Assembly (NCBI GenBank): GCA_013239625.1
Contig: MU054391.1
Span: 4,671,824-4,735,823 of the forward strand
Reading direction: 5' to 3'
From: Lama guanicoe
Lineage: Eukaryota
DNA length: 64,000 nucleotides
Numbering within the stretch: the first letter of the stretch is position 1; every line of letters begins with the position of its first letter. The notes below the pieces were generated by a model. That model was not told the origin of the DNA, did no database searches, and saw only the letters and a program-made list of their open reading frames with translations. Both the position numbers and the translations under genes were made by a program. Of this stretch, positions 62,470-64,000 are shown in pieces.

Positions 62470-64000
62470 TGACCACTCTCCACTGCTCCTGGGAATCCAG
62501 AGCACAAACCACATCAGTGTAGACACACCCCGGGGAATGAGGGAGACATCACACACACACACACAAACCAATTTAAAAATAAAGCTGTGTCTTCATTCTA
62601 GAACAAATAAAGGAAGGGCTTGTCAATGGCGTCCAGTTGGTAAGAGCTTTGTGGTGGACACTGAGTCCCAGCCCGGTGCCCCGCCTCCCCGGGCTCCGAG
62701 GACCCGCGTCTCAGGTAACAGAGCAACGTGGAAAGGTTAGCCAGCCTTCCCATTCATCACAGATTTCCACGCTTATTCAATACGCCGGACAAAGCCATCA
62801 AGGCAGCAACCAGTTACCAGTGACGTCTGTTTGAATGTTCCGCAGGAGACTGCAGAGCAGGGCGCTTCCCAGCACACCCAGCCTGGATGAAGTTATATCC
62901 AAAATCGTCGCCCCGCTCTCCAGGTCTCCCGGTACCCAGCGAAAGTACTTCCTGAGCCTCGAGAATCAAACACTTCTACAGATTCTGCCGCTTCTCCAAC
63001 TTAACCACAGTGATCTTCCCAACCCGACTTGAATCGTCAAAAGAAAGCTGAATCTGATTTGTGCCTCTCTGCTCAGTAGAGATCGCAGTAGCAACGCCAG
63101 TTCGGGAGATCAGAAAAAAAGGGGACATCGAGGCAACACTGAAAATCAAGACAGAAAAGTCCTTTTATAATAAAAAGTTGCTCTCGCTCTGCTTCTCAAT
63201 CCAACTACCTACCTGCCTGGGGTGGCGCACAGACATCGCCCGTGTCTTGCTTCTGTCCTTACAAGGATGCCCAAGATCCCTCCAATAAGCCGTGCTAATC
63301 AGTCAGTGGGAATATTTGGGGAGCCTTTTATATATGTCTTTCATGTGTGTGAACTGAATTGCCAATGCATCTCAGAACAGACTCCAGGCATCCAGCAGAT
63401 CTTTCCCGGCTGGAGGTCATCATAGCAGAAAGTCACCTAAAAAGCTTCCTCAGCATGTAAACTAATTTCAAAAGGAGCAGCGCAGTTTTACGCTTGGAAG
63501 AAAATAAGATTAACCAGAAGGAACTGAGAGAGAAAAAACCAAGATCAAGGCAGAGCGGGGGGAAAAGCTTGAAAAATAAAACCATGAGAAAGCTGAGTCA
63601 TTTCTGACAGAATTTCAAGGCCCCGTGGAAGTCCCCACCCAGCATGAGCGTAAGAAGGGGTCACATCATTCTCTTCTTCTAGGGGTCAACCAGTGGCATC
63701 CAGCGTCATTGCGGAGACAGGCGTCACCAGGCTGAGTTGATAACACTGTGACGCAGAGTAGAAGACATGGCCTTCCTTTGATTTCGGTGGCGTGCTGCAG
63801 CTCACCTGCCTTAAACTGACCAGAAATCACATCAGATCCAGGGAGAGACACGTCGGGCGGCTTTTGACACGGGCTGCAAAGACCAGCAGTGAGACTTCAT
63901 TAAAAATGTCACAAAGATACACGAGGTTCCTATTCAAGATCATCTTTCTGTTCTGAAAACCCAAACATCGATGTCAGGCTCAGAAAGTAAAACTGACAAC

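Noticed and set aside
1..64000. CRISPR arrays, operons, rRNA, known miRNA hairpins, or naming a host gene
   Set aside because: Mammalian DNA with no repeat-spacer array; I recognised no mature miRNA or coding exon, so the locus cannot be named from sequence alone.

Overview
Mammalian non-coding DNA, most likely camelid: it carries two tRNA-Ala-derived Vic-1-like SINEs and artiodactyl-type L1 3' ends. I can support no protein-coding gene; the ORF track reflects chance frames, microsatellites and L1 remnants. The window reads as a large intron or gene desert. It is filled with ancient repeats (L2, MIR, L3/CR1, MaLR/ERVL LTRs, MER53, MER20, MER5, MER63, an old L1) and younger TSD-flanked L1 and SINE insertions. 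It also has a CpG-island-like segment at ~22.7-23.5 kb and several repeat-free, motif-dense blocks that look like developmental enhancers. The standout is a ~400-bp inverted duplication of apparently unique sequence (12553-12949 vs 14665-15072, 1.7-kb spacer) with a 95%-identical 100-bp core. Other points are an isolated 37-bp direct repeat 2.9 kb apart, two twin-primed L1 insertions and a PBX-HOX/posterior-HOX motif cluster. Repeat family names come from recall of consensus sequences, not a database search, and their boundaries are approximate.
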